Assembly (NCBI GenBank): GCA_934162285.1
Contig: CAKPHY010000005.1
Coordinates: 529-64,528, forward strand
Length of the DNA: 64,000 bases
Direction of reading: 5' to 3'
DNA from: an uncultured Bacilli bacterium
GTDB lineage: Bacteria > Bacillota_I > Bacilli_A > RF39 > UBA660
Shown: positions 9,171-19,570 of the stretch, in pieces
Position numbering within the stretch: the stretch's first letter is position 1
How the letters are laid out: every line of letters starts with the position of its first letter
Program-made: the position numbers and the translations under genes
Notes under the pieces: model-generated
Database searches by the model: none
What the model saw: the letters and a program-made list of their open reading frames with translations, nothing else
What the model was told of the DNA's origin: nothing

Positions 9171-10760
9171 TTATTCAGATACACACCATAAAGAATTAAT
9201 TTTATCATCAGTTAAATCTGAATTATTATTAATTATTTTATTAATGGATGCATCTTTACCACCATAATATAGATTACCAATACAACCAAACATATTTGTC
9301 ATGTTAGCTTCTGTCAATTTTGGAAATTTTAAATTACTAACATTTAGACTATCAAAAATAACAGCAGCAAACATATTTGAAGTTTTAGTTACATTTGATG
9401 TATTCCATTTAGATAAATCAATATTTCCAGAATTTAATCCATAAAACATATATGACATATCAGTAACTTTTGATACATTTAAATCACTTAAACCATTAAT
9501 AGTACGTACATAATCTTTATTATGACTCCATTTGCCATTAAAATAGAATCTAGAAATTTTAGCAGCTGATACTTTATCAAATTCTTGAAAGTCTTCTTCA
9601 CTTGTACTCGTATCTACTAATCTTTCTTCTAATCTAAACATACCTGACATATTAGTTACATTAGATGTATTAAGATTTTTTAAATTAATAGTCATAGCTG
9701 ATGAAACAAACATATTTGCCATATTGGTTACATTCTTAGAGTTAACATTATTATTAAATGTTATAGAATCAGCATAAATATTTGCAAATAAATAACTTGA
9801 ATTACTTGGTAAATTAATTATTGTTCTCGTATCTTCTGCTGCTATTAATAAATCATAATTAGTTCCACTTTTTACAATATAAGCTTTGATACTGCCATCT
9901 TTATCAACTGATAAATCAGCTTCTTTAACTACATTCTTTATAGGTTTTGTTGTTCCTACTATTATTTTATTGATTGGATATTTAATAGAACCTTTCCATA
10001 CACCATTACTACTATCAAAATCAAGACCAATAAGTTTTTCATTGTCTTCAGCTGTTCTTGACTTTATATAAGCATTTTCAAGTAACCATTTAGCTTTTAA
10101 AGTCATATTATCCTTTACTTCAGCACTAAAGTCATAGGCTTTATCATCTAAATACCAGCCTAAGAATTTGTAACCTTTTCTTGTTGGATCTTCTGGTTTA
10201 GCTATCTTTCCACCTTTTACAGTTCCACTTGCTACTTCTGATCCCCCATTACTATCAAAATATACTGAATAAACATCTTCATATGTTGCTAACAATGTTA
10301 TATCTTCAGTTATTGGTGTTTCAAAACTAAAAGCTTTACCATTTAATGTCCATTCTTTAAATGTATGACCTGCTTTCTTTGGATCAATTGGTCTTGTTAC
10401 TTTAGAGCCTTTCTTTACAGAAACTGGTTCAATTGTATTTCCTCCAACTGTTTCAAAACTTACTTTGACATAATCATCTTTCTCCCATTTGGCTACTAAA
10501 GTCATATTATTTTTTACTACTTTAGTAAAATCATAAAGTTCATTTCCCCTATACCAACCAAGAAAAATATAACCTTCATTCTTAGGATCACTTGGTTCAT
10601 AAACCTTATTTCCTTTTTTTACAAGTTGTTCAAACTTTGGTTCTCCATTTTGCATATCAAATGTTACAACATATTTTTGATTATTTAAAACCAAGATAAT
10701 CACGATAACAACTAATAATGCAACTATTGCTCCTATTACGTAAGCAATTTTCTTTTTCAT
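9171..10760 (-). CDS. Flg_new + BspA/DUF285 surface protein, paralogue of 6915..8537
   Basis: The first ~230 aa are nearly identical to 6915..8537. The C-terminus has DUF285 units (NVTNMANMF, SNVTNMSGMF, VSKVTDMSYMF, SNVTKTSNMF). The same RBS/5' region occurs in the two other paralogues. Confidence 0.75.
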   Translation of the reverse strand: MKKKIAYVIGAIVALLVVIVIILVLNNQKYVVTFDMQNGEPKFEQLVKKGNKVYEPSDPKNEGYIFLGWYRGNELYDFTKVVKNNMTLVAKWEKDDYVKVSFETVGGNTIEPVSVKKGSKVTRPIDPKKAGHTFKEWTLNGKAFSFETPITEDITLLATYEDVYSVYFDSNGGSEVASGTVKGGKIAKPEDPTRKGYKFLGWYLDDKAYDFSAEVKDNMTLKAKWLLENAYIKSRTAEDNEKLIGLDFDSSNGVWKGSIKYPINKIIVGTTKPIKNVVKEADLSVDKDGSIKAYIVKSGTNYDLLIAAEDTRTIINLPSNSSYLFANIYADSITFNNNVNSKNVTNMANMFVSSAMTINLKNLNTSNVTNMSGMFRLEERLVDTSTSEEDFQEFDKVSAAKISRFYFNGKWSHNKDYVRTINGLSDLNVSKVTDMSYMFYGLNSGNIDLSKWNTSNVTKTSNMFAAVIFDSLNVSNLKFPKLTEANMTNMFGCIGNLYYGGKDASINKIINNNSDLTDDKINSLWCVSE

Positions 10761-10883
10761 TCTTTTTTCTCCCTTCTTATATTTATTATTATAACATTAT
10801 TATGTATAATTTACATTAAGTAATCGCTAATTTACATGCTTATATGAGGAAAAGACCAAAGTTTCCTTTGATCTTTAATCTTA

Positions 10884-13253
10884 TTATTTACTGAAGCAAC
10901 TTGCATATTTTGGATAATTTTCAGTAATAAATTTCTTCATACTATCATTTGTTTGAATATAAAGTTTATCATAGTTTTGTAAATCATCAAATGCATAATA
11001 TTTATCGTTAACATTAGTCAAATCCAAATTATCAATATACAATTTTTCAACATTTAAGCCTTTAAACATTTCATTTGCATTAGTTAATTTTGTTGCTCTA
11101 AAATTAGTTAATATCAAGCTTTTGAATTTACTATTTGTAAACATAGATGACATATTAGTTACATTTGATGTATCCCAATTACCAATATCTAAAGTCTCTA
11201 TTTCAGTAGATTTAGAAGAATAGAAAAACGTTTCATCAGTACCAAACATACCAGACATATCAGTTACTTTTGATGTATCAAATTTATTTAAACCAACAAT
11301 AGAATTAGCTTTAATACAACTAAACATATGTGACATATTTGTTACTTTTGATGTATTCCAATTTGATAAATCTAATTGATTAACAGTAACATCAAAAAAC
11401 ATTCCTTCCATATTAGTTACATTTGATGTATTTAATTTTGATAAATCTAAATTTTTGCCATTTAAATCAAGACTAGCAAACATAAAAGACATATCTGTTA
11501 CCTTTGATGTATCAAAATTCCAAATACTAAGATCAAAATTACCTATTTTTGTAGGTACTGTACCACCAATTGGTTCATCAATATACCCAAACATAGATGA
11601 CATATTAGTTACATTTGATGTATCGAAATTTTCTAAACCAAGAATAGAATCAGCTATGACACCACTAAACATATTTGACATATCTATTACTCTTGATGTA
11701 TCCCATCCTAACAAATTTAGTTTAGTAAATTGAGCTTTCCCTAGGTAATTATAAAACACACCCGACATATCTACTACTTTTGATGTATTCCAATTTGATA
11801 AATTCAATTCACCATAATATTCACCGGCAAGCATAAATGACATATCTTCTACATTCGAAACATCAAAATTTTCAATTTCATCTGACATTAAATCACTATC
11901 AAAAAACATTCTACTCATATTTTTTACATTTGATGTTTTAAGACCATTCAAATTAGAACTACCTGCATGAGTACCTAAAAACATAGATGACATATTTGTT
12001 ACTTTAGAAGTATCCCATTTTGATAAATCTATTTTCTCATAAATTGAATTAGCAAACATATATGACATATCAGTAACTTTTGAAACATTTAAAGCACTCA
12101 AATCATTAATAGAACGAACATAATTCATTTTATCATTATCGTCAATATCATTATAAAATCTTGTAATTTTTTCACGAGCTTTACCAATGTACATCACATA
12201 TTCTAATTCACCAGTAGTTTCATTAATAAACTTATCTTCTTTACTAAACATACCTTTCATATTAGTCACATTTGATGTATCAAGATTCTTTAAATCAATA
12301 GTCCAGGCTGACGATACAAACATATAAGACATATCTGTTACTGTTTTGGCATTAACATTGCTATTAAATATTATAGAGTCAGCATAAATATTTGCAAATA
12401 AATAACTTGAATCGCTCGGTAAATTAATAATTGTTCTAATGTCGTCAGCTGCTATTAATAAATTATAATTTGTTGCATTTTTTATAATATAAGCTTTTAC
12501 ACTACCATCTTTATCAACTGATAAATCAGCTTCTTTTACTATATTTTCTGTAGGCTTTTTTGATCCTACTATTATGTGATCAATTGGGTATGTAAATTTT
12601 AGAGCAATTCCTCCAGTTGACATTTGAATTCCATTAGTAAAATCAAGACCAATAAGTTTTTCATTATCTGCTGCTGTTCTTGAACCTATATAAGCATTTT
12701 CAAGTAGCCATTTAGCTTTTAAAGTCATATTATCTTTTACTTCACTACTAAAATCATATTCTTTATTATCTAAATACCAACCTAAGAATTTATAACCCTT
12801 TTTAGTTGGATTTTCTGGCTTTTCTAATTTTTCGCCTTCATTTACTTCTTTAGAACTTATTTCATTTCCTCCATCAGTATTAAATGTTACTGTATGTTTT
12901 TTTGTTTCTGGATATTTTTGACCATTTTTATAATGAATTTCAAATACCTCTGGTATCACAACTGCAACACTACTATCTAGTCCATTAATCCATTCGCCTT
13001 TAGCATTTTTATAAAGAATAATCATATCTTCAATTGAATTACCTTCAATTGTTTGGGCTGCTAACATAATATAGTTAGTTGTTAATCTTCCTTTATAAGC
13101 ACCTAGTTCTTCTCTTGTATAAATTGCTTTACCAATAACATAAGTAGAGTTTCCAATGTCATCTTTATTTAGCATTATTGCTGAAACATCTTTAACTATA
13201 CCAAAAGATGAAATGATCAAAATAGCTAATAAATACTTAACAAATTTCCTCAT
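10884..13253 (-). CDS. Large secreted BspA-family (DUF285) leucine-rich-repeat surface protein
   Basis: A signal peptide is present (MRKFVKYLLAILIISSFGIVKDVSA). There is one Flg_new unit (HTVTFNTDGGNE...GYKFLGWY) and then more than 12 units of the type W(D/N)TSKVTxMSxMF. An AGGAGG RBS precedes the start. The gene lies 22 nt downstream of 13276..14808. Confidence 0.75.
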   Translation of the reverse strand: MRKFVKYLLAILIISSFGIVKDVSAIMLNKDDIGNSTYVIGKAIYTREELGAYKGRLTTNYIMLAAQTIEGNSIEDMIILYKNAKGEWINGLDSSVAVVIPEVFEIHYKNGQKYPETKKHTVTFNTDGGNEISSKEVNEGEKLEKPENPTKKGYKFLGWYLDNKEYDFSSEVKDNMTLKAKWLLENAYIGSRTAADNEKLIGLDFTNGIQMSTGGIALKFTYPIDHIIVGSKKPTENIVKEADLSVDKDGSVKAYIIKNATNYNLLIAADDIRTIINLPSDSSYLFANIYADSIIFNSNVNAKTVTDMSYMFVSSAWTIDLKNLDTSNVTNMKGMFSKEDKFINETTGELEYVMYIGKAREKITRFYNDIDDNDKMNYVRSINDLSALNVSKVTDMSYMFANSIYEKIDLSKWDTSKVTNMSSMFLGTHAGSSNLNGLKTSNVKNMSRMFFDSDLMSDEIENFDVSNVEDMSFMLAGEYYGELNLSNWNTSKVVDMSGVFYNYLGKAQFTKLNLLGWDTSRVIDMSNMFSGVIADSILGLENFDTSNVTNMSSMFGYIDEPIGGTVPTKIGNFDLSIWNFDTSKVTDMSFMFASLDLNGKNLDLSKLNTSNVTNMEGMFFDVTVNQLDLSNWNTSKVTNMSHMFSCIKANSIVGLNKFDTSKVTDMSGMFGTDETFFYSSKSTEIETLDIGNWDTSNVTNMSSMFTNSKFKSLILTNFRATKLTNANEMFKGLNVEKLYIDNLDLTNVNDKYYAFDDLQNYDKLYIQTNDSMKKFITENYPKYASCFSK

Positions 13254-13275
13254 ATTTTCCTCCTTTACTTAGTTT

Positions 13276-14808
13276 TTAACTTTTCTTAGCTGTAACACTT
13301 TTATCGTCATTTAATACGACTGTTATACTTGTTATTCCATCTATTTCTGATTTATTAACAGTTGGATTTTTACCAGAGCAAAGAGTTATACCATCTATTT
13401 TTATAGATTTAAAGCTTATTTCTTTACCATCGGCATATACAGTTATTACTCTATCTGGAGAATAATCATCTACTAAACTAACTTTAAATGTATAATTTTT
13501 AGCTACTTCTTCCCATACTGCAACTAGTTTAATGTTTTTAGTAACAGATGTATTAAAGTCATAAGTTTTTCCATCTAATTGCCATTCTTTAAATACATAT
13601 CCAGCTTTCGTTGGATTACTTGGTTTTGTTACTTTAGAGCCTTCACTTACTTCTTTAGAACTTACTTCTGAGCCACCATTAGTATCAAATGTTACTGTGT
13701 ATTTTGCTAATTCTTTAGTCCATGCGGCTTTTAAAGTTATGTTTTTAGTAACAGGACTATTAAAATTATAAGTTTTTCCATCTAACTGCCACTCTTTAAA
13801 TACATATCCAGCCTTTGTTGGATTACTTGGTTTAGCTACTTTCTCGCCTTCATTTACTTCTTTAGAACCTATTTCACTTCCACCATCAGTATCAAATGTT
13901 ACTGTGTATTTTTCTAATTCTGTCCACTTAGCTGTTAAAGTTATGTCAGTTGTTACTTTAGTATTGAAATCAAACTTTTTATCATCTAAATACCAACCAT
14001 CAAATTTATAACCAACTTTTGTTGGATTGCTTGGTTTTGTTACTTTTAATCCTTCACCAACTTCTTGACTTTTTATTTTAGATCCACCATTACTATCAAA
14101 TGTTACTTGATAAGCCTTAACCCATTTAGCTATTAAAGTAATGTTACTAGTTATTTTAGTATTAAAATCAAACTTTTTATTATTTAAATACCAAGCATCA
14201 AATTTGTAACCTTTTTTTGTTGGATTACTTGGTTTAGTTGCTTTTGCATCTTTTTCAACTTTTTGAGTTTTAACACTACTTCCTCCATCAGTATTAAAAG
14301 AAACTTCATAAATTTGAACTTCATGAGCTACAAACTTAGCTTTTAAAACGATATTTTTAGTAATTGGAGTATTAAAATCAAATTTATTATCATTTAAATA
14401 CCAGCCAAGAAAAACATAGCCTTCTTTTGTTGGTTCATTAGGTTCAATAACTAATCCATCTTTTTCTACTGTATAAGTTTTTACTTCACTTTCATTTTCA
14501 AAACGTACAGTATATTTTACTTTACTTCCTTCCCAACCAGCAATTAAAGTCATATTATTGGTAACTGGAGTGTTGAAATCAAATATTTCACCATTATAAT
14601 ACCAGCCAAGAAAAACATAACCTTCTTTTTTAGGATCACTTGGTTCATAAGCTGTATTTCCTTTTTTTACGCGTTGTTCAAACTTTGGTTCTCCATTTTG
14701 CATATCAAATGTTACAACATATTTTTGATTATTTAAAACCAAGATAATCACGATAACAACTAATAATGCAACTATTGCTCCTATTACGTAAGCAATTTTC
14801 TTTTTCAT
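13276..14808 (-). CDS. Membrane-anchored protein made of ~6 Flg_new (Listeria-Bacteroides) repeats
   Basis: There are repeated ~70-aa units of the form Y(T/E/Q)VTF(D/N)TxGGSx...PTKxGYxFxxW...W. The N-terminal 45 aa are identical to 9171..10760. No DUF285 part is present. Confidence 0.7.
   Translation of the reverse strand: MKKKIAYVIGAIVALLVVIVIILVLNNQKYVVTFDMQNGEPKFEQRVKKGNTAYEPSDPKKEGYVFLGWYYNGEIFDFNTPVTNNMTLIAGWEGSKVKYTVRFENESEVKTYTVEKDGLVIEPNEPTKEGYVFLGWYLNDNKFDFNTPITKNIVLKAKFVAHEVQIYEVSFNTDGGSSVKTQKVEKDAKATKPSNPTKKGYKFDAWYLNNKKFDFNTKITSNITLIAKWVKAYQVTFDSNGGSKIKSQEVGEGLKVTKPSNPTKVGYKFDGWYLDDKKFDFNTKVTTDITLTAKWTELEKYTVTFDTDGGSEIGSKEVNEGEKVAKPSNPTKAGYVFKEWQLDGKTYNFNSPVTKNITLKAAWTKELAKYTVTFDTNGGSEVSSKEVSEGSKVTKPSNPTKAGYVFKEWQLDGKTYDFNTSVTKNIKLVAVWEEVAKNYTFKVSLVDDYSPDRVITVYADGKEISFKSIKIDGITLCSGKNPTVNKSEIDGITSITVVLNDDKSVTAKKS
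13498..13917 (-). repeat. Two tandem ~210-nt coding repeats (adjacent Flg_new units, ~85% nt identity by eye)
   Basis: KYTVTFDTDGGSEIGSKEVNEGEKVAKPSNPTKAGYVFKEWQLDGKTYNFNSPVTKNITL compares with KYTVTFDTNGGSEVSSKEVSEGSKVTKPSNPTKAGYVFKEWQLDGKTYDFNTSVTKNIKL. The nt blocks around 13561-13710 and 13770-13920 align. Confidence 0.6.
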
Positions 14809-14894
14809 TCTTTTTTCTCCCTCCTATATTATAATTATAATTTTTTTCTTTTCGTTAAATTACACAATTAACAATTTGTCGTATTTTAGTTTAC

Positions 14895-14919
14895 AAAAAA
14901 ATCAAAGTTTTACTTTGAC
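14895..14919 (-). terminator. Rho-independent terminator of miaA
   Basis: On the minus strand, GTCAAAG-taaaa-CTTTGAT is followed by TTTTTTT. It overlaps the miaA stop codon. Confidence 0.55.
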
Positions 14920-15791
14920 TTTTCATTTATGTAATTAAATACTTCATTTATAGTATTATTAAAATCATCAAAATCAACATTAAACCATTTAACTGGTACT
15001 TGATGATTAAACCACGTATATTGCCTTTTAGCATAATTTCTAGTTTTTTGTTTGATTAAATCTAAAGATTTTTCTAAGGTTTCAGTACCTTCAAAATAAG
15101 GGAATAACTCTTTATAACCAATGGGAGTCATAACCGCTTTAGTTCTAACATTTGATTTAAATAAATTAAAAGCTTCATCAAGTAATCCTTCATTTACCAT
15201 TTGATCAACTCTTTTATTTAAACGCTCATATAAAACTTCACGATCACATGTTAAACCAATAAATAAAGTATCATAAAGTAATTTATCAGTTTTTTCTTTA
15301 CCTTTTACTTCATTATTATTTAAATAATAACTAATAAATCTTTCTAATCTTTGACGATTATTTTGGTGAATATTCATAGAGGGATCAATTTCTAAAGCCT
15401 TATTATATAATTCCTTAGTTGTATAATTACTAAAATCATAGTTGTTAGTTTCTTCCTTAAAATCATAATCATAAAGTAAAGCCTTGATATAAAGACCTGT
15501 TCCCCCAACAATTATTGGTGTTTTACCTTCTTGCTTTAGTTTTTCTAAAACAAGACGAGCATCTTTTTGGTAATCAAAAACCGTATAATTTTCATTTATA
15601 TCTTTTATATCAAATAAATGATGAGGAATATTTTCTTTTTCATTCTCAGTTACCTTAGCAGTTGCAATATTGAGTCCACGATAGACTTGAGTAGAGTCAG
15701 CATTGATAACTTCACCACGTAATCTTTTAACAAGTTCAACACTCATTTTAGTTTTACCAACACCAGTTGGTCCTAGTATTACAATAATCAT
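14910..15791 (-). CDS. miaA: tRNA dimethylallyltransferase
   Basis: The P-loop GPTGVGKT is at the N-terminus and the length and layout fit MiaA. An ATGA start/stop overlap links it to queA. Confidence 0.9.
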   Translation of the reverse strand: MIIVILGPTGVGKTKMSVELVKRLRGEVINADSTQVYRGLNIATAKVTENEKENIPHHLFDIKDINENYTVFDYQKDARLVLEKLKQEGKTPIIVGGTGLYIKALLYDYDFKEETNNYDFSNYTTKELYNKALEIDPSMNIHQNNRQRLERFISYYLNNNEVKGKEKTDKLLYDTLFIGLTCDREVLYERLNKRVDQMVNEGLLDEAFNLFKSNVRTKAVMTPIGYKELFPYFEGTETLEKSLDLIKQKTRNYAKRQYTWFNHQVPVKWFNVDFDDFNNTINEVFNYINEKSK

Positions 15792-16810
15792 TTAATTAAC
15801 ATAGCATCCCCGAAAGAGAAAAAGCGATAACGTTCTTTGACAGCTATATTATAAGCATTTAATATATTTTCTCTTCCAGCTAAAGCACTTACAAGCATAA
15901 CTAAAGTGGACTTTGGTAAATGAAAATTCGTAATTAAATAATCAATTGCTTTAAATTTATAACCAGGATAAATAAAAATATTAGTCCATCCTGAACATTC
16001 TTTAAATTCACCATATAAATTAACAACAGTTTCTAAAGTACGTGTTGATGTTGTTCCAACACTCACGATCATATTACCATTCTTTTTAGCTTCATTTAAA
16101 GTATCAGCTGTTTTTTTACTCATAATGTAATATTCACTATGCATTTGATGATCTAAAACATTTTCACTTGTAACTGGTCTAAAAGTTCCTAAGCCTACAT
16201 GAAGAGTTATATATTCAATTTTAATTCCCTTTTTAGCAATTTTATCCAAAAGTTCTGGTGTAAAATGTAATCCTGCAGTTGGAGCAGCAGCACTACCAAC
16301 TTCTTTAGCATAAACCGTTTGATAACGATCTTTATCTTTTAATTTTTCATGAATATAAGGTGGTAATGGCATTTCACCTAACTTATCTAAAATTTCATAT
16401 AAAATTCCTTGATAACTAAGTTTAAAAGTGCGAATACCTTCTTCTTTTACTTGAATACAAGTTGCTTTTAAAAGACCACCAAAATCAATTGTATCGCCTA
16501 CACTGATTCTTTTAGCTGGTCTTGCTAAACATTCCCAAGAATCACTTTCAAGTTCTTTTAACATCAAAATTTCAATATGAGAACCCGTTGATTCTTTTAT
16601 ACCATGTAATCTAGCTGGTAATACCTTAGTATCATTTAATACTAAAACATCCCCTTCTTCAAGATAATCTATAATATCATAAAAATGTTTATGTTCAATC
16701 TCACCTGTTGTTTTATCTAAAACCATTAAACGTGATTCATCACGATTTTTTAATGGTGTCTGTGCAATTAACTCTTCAGGTAAGTAATAATTAAAATCTT
16801 CTGTTTTCAT
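15788..16810 (-). CDS. queA: S-adenosylmethionine:tRNA ribosyltransferase-isomerase
   Basis: The N-terminus [26 protein letters not shown] and the motif GTTSTRTLE are characteristic of QueA. Confidence 0.9.
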   Translation of the reverse strand: MKTEDFNYYLPEELIAQTPLKNRDESRLMVLDKTTGEIEHKHFYDIIDYLEEGDVLVLNDTKVLPARLHGIKESTGSHIEILMLKELESDSWECLARPAKRISVGDTIDFGGLLKATCIQVKEEGIRTFKLSYQGILYEILDKLGEMPLPPYIHEKLKDKDRYQTVYAKEVGSAAAPTAGLHFTPELLDKIAKKGIKIEYITLHVGLGTFRPVTSENVLDHQMHSEYYIMSKKTADTLNEAKKNGNMIVSVGTTSTRTLETVVNLYGEFKECSGWTNIFIYPGYKFKAIDYLITNFHLPKSTLVMLVSALAGRENILNAYNIAVKERYRFFSFGDAMLIK

Positions 16811-16812
16811 TT

Positions 16813-17529
16813 TTAACTCCTTACATTAAATTTAGTTGTTCGCATCAACTCTTTAGAAAGAGCTTTATCAGGAACATTCATTTCTTCTACACGATATCCT
16901 AGTAATTCATAATCATTTACTAAACTTTTAACTCCTCTAGAAGCAATCGCTGGGGCATAATTTAAAGTCTTATACCCAAAGAAATTCCTTATTCGAATAA
17001 AACCCAAAAAATTAATTAAAAAATCCGTATAACAAGAAAAATCATAATAAGGTAATATCTCACCTAATAATTGATTATTTGTAGCTAAATAATTCAAAAT
17101 CGTTTTAGCTATCTCTTCATGATAGCAATCTTTATAAGTAACTAAAATACCATTTTTTGTTATAAAACCATCTTCAGTAGAAAAAAGATGTTTTAAATTT
17201 TTTAATTCAAATAAACTAGCTGAATTAATACTAGTAACTAAAGGATGATAACCATTTAAAAGCACATTATAGTTAATTTCTTCACCCTTAGTTAAAGAAT
17301 AAACACCCAAGCCATTTCTTAAAGCTTTAATAAAAAAATTGCAAGAATCAACAGTCCCAATTTGAATCATATTTAAATTTCTTATTAAATATTCATAACT
17401 AGGATCCATTCCAATTGCATTAGCTTTTAAAGCAATTTTTTGACTTTGTAAATAAGTCTTAGCAAATAAAAGCATATTTTTTAATTCCACATCATAATGA
17501 TTATCTGGCGTTAAAAAGCCTGTATTCAT
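16813..17529 (-). CDS. Hypothetical protein embedded in the ruvAB-queA operon
   Basis: This 238-aa ORF is abutted to the ruvB stop (0-nt gap) and lies 2 nt from the queA start. No motif was recognised. Confidence 0.5.
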   Translation of the reverse strand: MNTGFLTPDNHYDVELKNMLLFAKTYLQSQKIALKANAIGMDPSYEYLIRNLNMIQIGTVDSCNFFIKALRNGLGVYSLTKGEEINYNVLLNGYHPLVTSINSASLFELKNLKHLFSTEDGFITKNGILVTYKDCYHEEIAKTILNYLATNNQLLGEILPYYDFSCYTDFLINFLGFIRIRNFFGYKTLNYAPAIASRGVKSLVNDYELLGYRVEEMNVPDKALSKELMRTTKFNVRS

Positions 17530-18534
17530 TTAAAATAAACCCTCCTGATGCTTAATTCCAAGATGTGCATAACTCTTTTCTGTTACCATTCTTCCCCTTG
17601 GTGTACGTTTCAAAAAACCATTTTGAAGTAAATAAGGTTCATATACATCTTCAACTGTTGACTGCTCTTCACCAATCGCTGAAGATATAGCTTCAATACC
17701 AACCGGACCACCATTAAATTTTTCAATAATAGCCTTAAGTAAATTATAGTCGGTTGCATCTAAACCCATTTTATCAACTTTAAGCTTATCTAAAGCCATT
17801 GTTGCTACTTCTAAATCAATACAACCATTGCCTAATACTAAAGCAAAATCACGAATACGCTTAAATAAACGATTGGCAATACGTGGTGTCCCTCGACTTC
17901 TTTTAGCAAGTTCTAAAGCTGCACCATCTTCAATTGGGCTTTCTAAAACTCTACTTGTTCTTTTAACAATATCCGTAAGTTCTTCAATTGTATAATAATT
18001 TAACTTAAAAATAATACCAAAGCGATCACGAAGCGGACCAGTCAAATCACCAGCTCGTGTTGTTGCACCTACTAAAGTAAAAGGTGGTAAATCAATTTTA
18101 ATTGAACGGCTATTCGCATCACTTCCAATAACAATATCTAAAGTAAAATCTTCCATAGCCGAATAAAGAATTTCTTCAATAAACTTAGGAATACGATGAA
18201 TTTCATCAATAAATAAAACGTCTCCCGGTTCTAAATTTGACAAAACAGCAGCCAAATCACCAGACTTTTCAATCGCAGGACCACTTGTTGTTTTAATATT
18301 AGAACCCATTTCATTAGCAATAATATATGCCAAAGTTGTTTTACCTAAACCTGGAGGACCATATAATAATACATGATCTAATGATTCATCACGCATTTTA
18401 GCAGCTTTTATATAAACATCTAATATTTCTTTAACTTCACTTTGACCTACATATTCAGCTAAACTAGTAGGTCTAATTGTCGCTTCAAAACTATCTTCTT
18501 TTTGAGGCAAAGCGTCAATTAATCTATCATCCAT
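17530..18534 (-). CDS. ruvB: Holliday junction branch migration ATPase RuvB
   Basis: Walker A ([11 protein letters not shown]) and Walker B (LFIDEIHR) are present, along with the [10 protein letters not shown] motif. Confidence 0.95.
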   Translation of the reverse strand: MDDRLIDALPQKEDSFEATIRPTSLAEYVGQSEVKEILDVYIKAAKMRDESLDHVLLYGPPGLGKTTLAYIIANEMGSNIKTTSGPAIEKSGDLAAVLSNLEPGDVLFIDEIHRIPKFIEEILYSAMEDFTLDIVIGSDANSRSIKIDLPPFTLVGATTRAGDLTGPLRDRFGIIFKLNYYTIEELTDIVKRTSRVLESPIEDGAALELAKRSRGTPRIANRLFKRIRDFALVLGNGCIDLEVATMALDKLKVDKMGLDATDYNLLKAIIEKFNGGPVGIEAISSAIGEEQSTVEDVYEPYLLQNGFLKRTPRGRMVTEKSYAHLGIKHQEGLF

Positions 18535-18544
18535 ATATTTCCTC

Positions 18545-19096
18545 CTATCTTAATAATAATTTCAAGGCTTCTTTTATTTGATCTTCTAAAGTTTCACTCT
18601 TTAATTTCGGTGTAACTTTATTAATCTCTGCAGTTTTATAACCTAAAGCTTTTAAGGCATCAACTAATTCCTCATTAACAGTTGGACCCAAAAGACTATC
18701 TTTAGATACCAATTTACCTTTTAAATCTAAAATGATTTGACGAGCAACTTTATCTCCAATCTTAGGAAACTTCTTCAAATAAAGAATATTTTCACGTTCG
18801 ATCGCATCGATTATTCCCTCAACACCACCAGTTGCAAACATTGGTAAAGCCATTTTACAACCTAAGCCTTTTACTTCAATTAATTTTAAAAATAGTTCTC
18901 TTTCTTCTTTTAATTTAAAACCATACAAAGACATTTCATCTTCACGTACTAAATTATAAACATAAACAGTATAATCTTCATTAACATTAAAACTAAAAGG
19001 ATTAGCAACATTAATTAAATAACCAACACCATTAACTTCAAGAACAATATAAGAAGGTCCAAGTTCTGTCACTTTACCTTTTAAATATGCATACAT
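18545..19096 (-). CDS. ruvA: Holliday junction DNA helicase RuvA
   Basis: MYAYLKGKV...VNGVGY at the N-terminus, the HhH region VKGLGCKMA and the gene's position upstream of ruvB all fit RuvA. Confidence 0.9.
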   Translation of the reverse strand: MYAYLKGKVTELGPSYIVLEVNGVGYLINVANPFSFNVNEDYTVYVYNLVREDEMSLYGFKLKEERELFLKLIEVKGLGCKMALPMFATGGVEGIIDAIERENILYLKKFPKIGDKVARQIILDLKGKLVSKDSLLGPTVNEELVDALKALGYKTAEINKVTPKLKSETLEDQIKEALKLLLR

Positions 19097-19106
19097 ATAA
19101 TCACTC

Positions 19107-19403
19107 CTAATAACTTGCTGGATTTTGCATTAACTTTAATATTTCGTCAAAATTATCATCTTTTGCAACAATATTTTTATGCAACTTTTGACATTTTAAA
19201 CAACGATAAACAATTTTATATGAATCTTTAAACTTTTCTAAAGCAATTGGTTCTAATAATCCATGACAATCACAAGCGCGATCACCAGGAAAAATATCTA
19301 CATGTTTAGAATAAAGGCAATGATTACAATGATCTCTTGCCGAATACTCTAAAGGTTTAACTTCTCTATTGCAATTTTCACATATAAATTTTTCGTCTAC
19401 CAT
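19107..19403 (-). CDS. RNHCP-domain zinc-ribbon protein
   Basis: FICENCNREV...ARDHCNHCLYSKHVD...CDCHG...YRCLKCQ matches the RNHCP pattern. The internal ATG at 19403 is preferred. The track N-terminal extension (to 19523) reads through the upstream terminator hairpin. Confidence 0.6.
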   Translation of the reverse strand: MVDEKFICENCNREVKPLEYSARDHCNHCLYSKHVDIFPGDRACDCHGLLEPIALEKFKDSYKIVYRCLKCQKLHKNIVAKDDNFDEILKLMQNPASY

Positions 19404-19470
19404 TTTAAATCTTTTTGAATCCACGCTTTTCACCAAATAAATAATAACATTATTTTCATTTTTTTTCAAC

Positions 19471-19490
19471 AAAAAACAGGCATAGCCTGT
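19471..19490 (-). terminator. Rho-independent terminator downstream of the kinase gene
   Basis: On the minus strand, ACAGGC-tat-GCCTGT is followed by TTTTTT. Confidence 0.5.
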
Positions 19491-19570
19491 TATCCTATAA
19501 ATTTTAAATAAAAAGTAAATCAATTAAAAGCATTATAATGAATTTTTTATACCCTATTATAATTTTTATA

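Noticed and set aside
6864-10879. Recurrent AAAAGATCAAAG...CTTTGATCTTTT palindromes, considered as a possible CRISPR or REP-like repeat array.
   Set aside because: They are single hairpins placed after paralogous genes and were duplicated together with those genes. They lack regular spacing and unique spacers, and behave as intrinsic terminators.
19404-19523. N-terminal extension of the RNHCP ORF (track start at 19523). Similar extensions occur at 31853-31927, 38749-38799, 49901-49927, 57625-57681 and 58693-58710.
   Set aside because: The extensions lack an RBS, read through upstream terminators or neighbouring gene ends, or start at GTG/TTG. In each case an internal ATG with a strong GGAGG-type RBS gives the N-terminus expected for the family.
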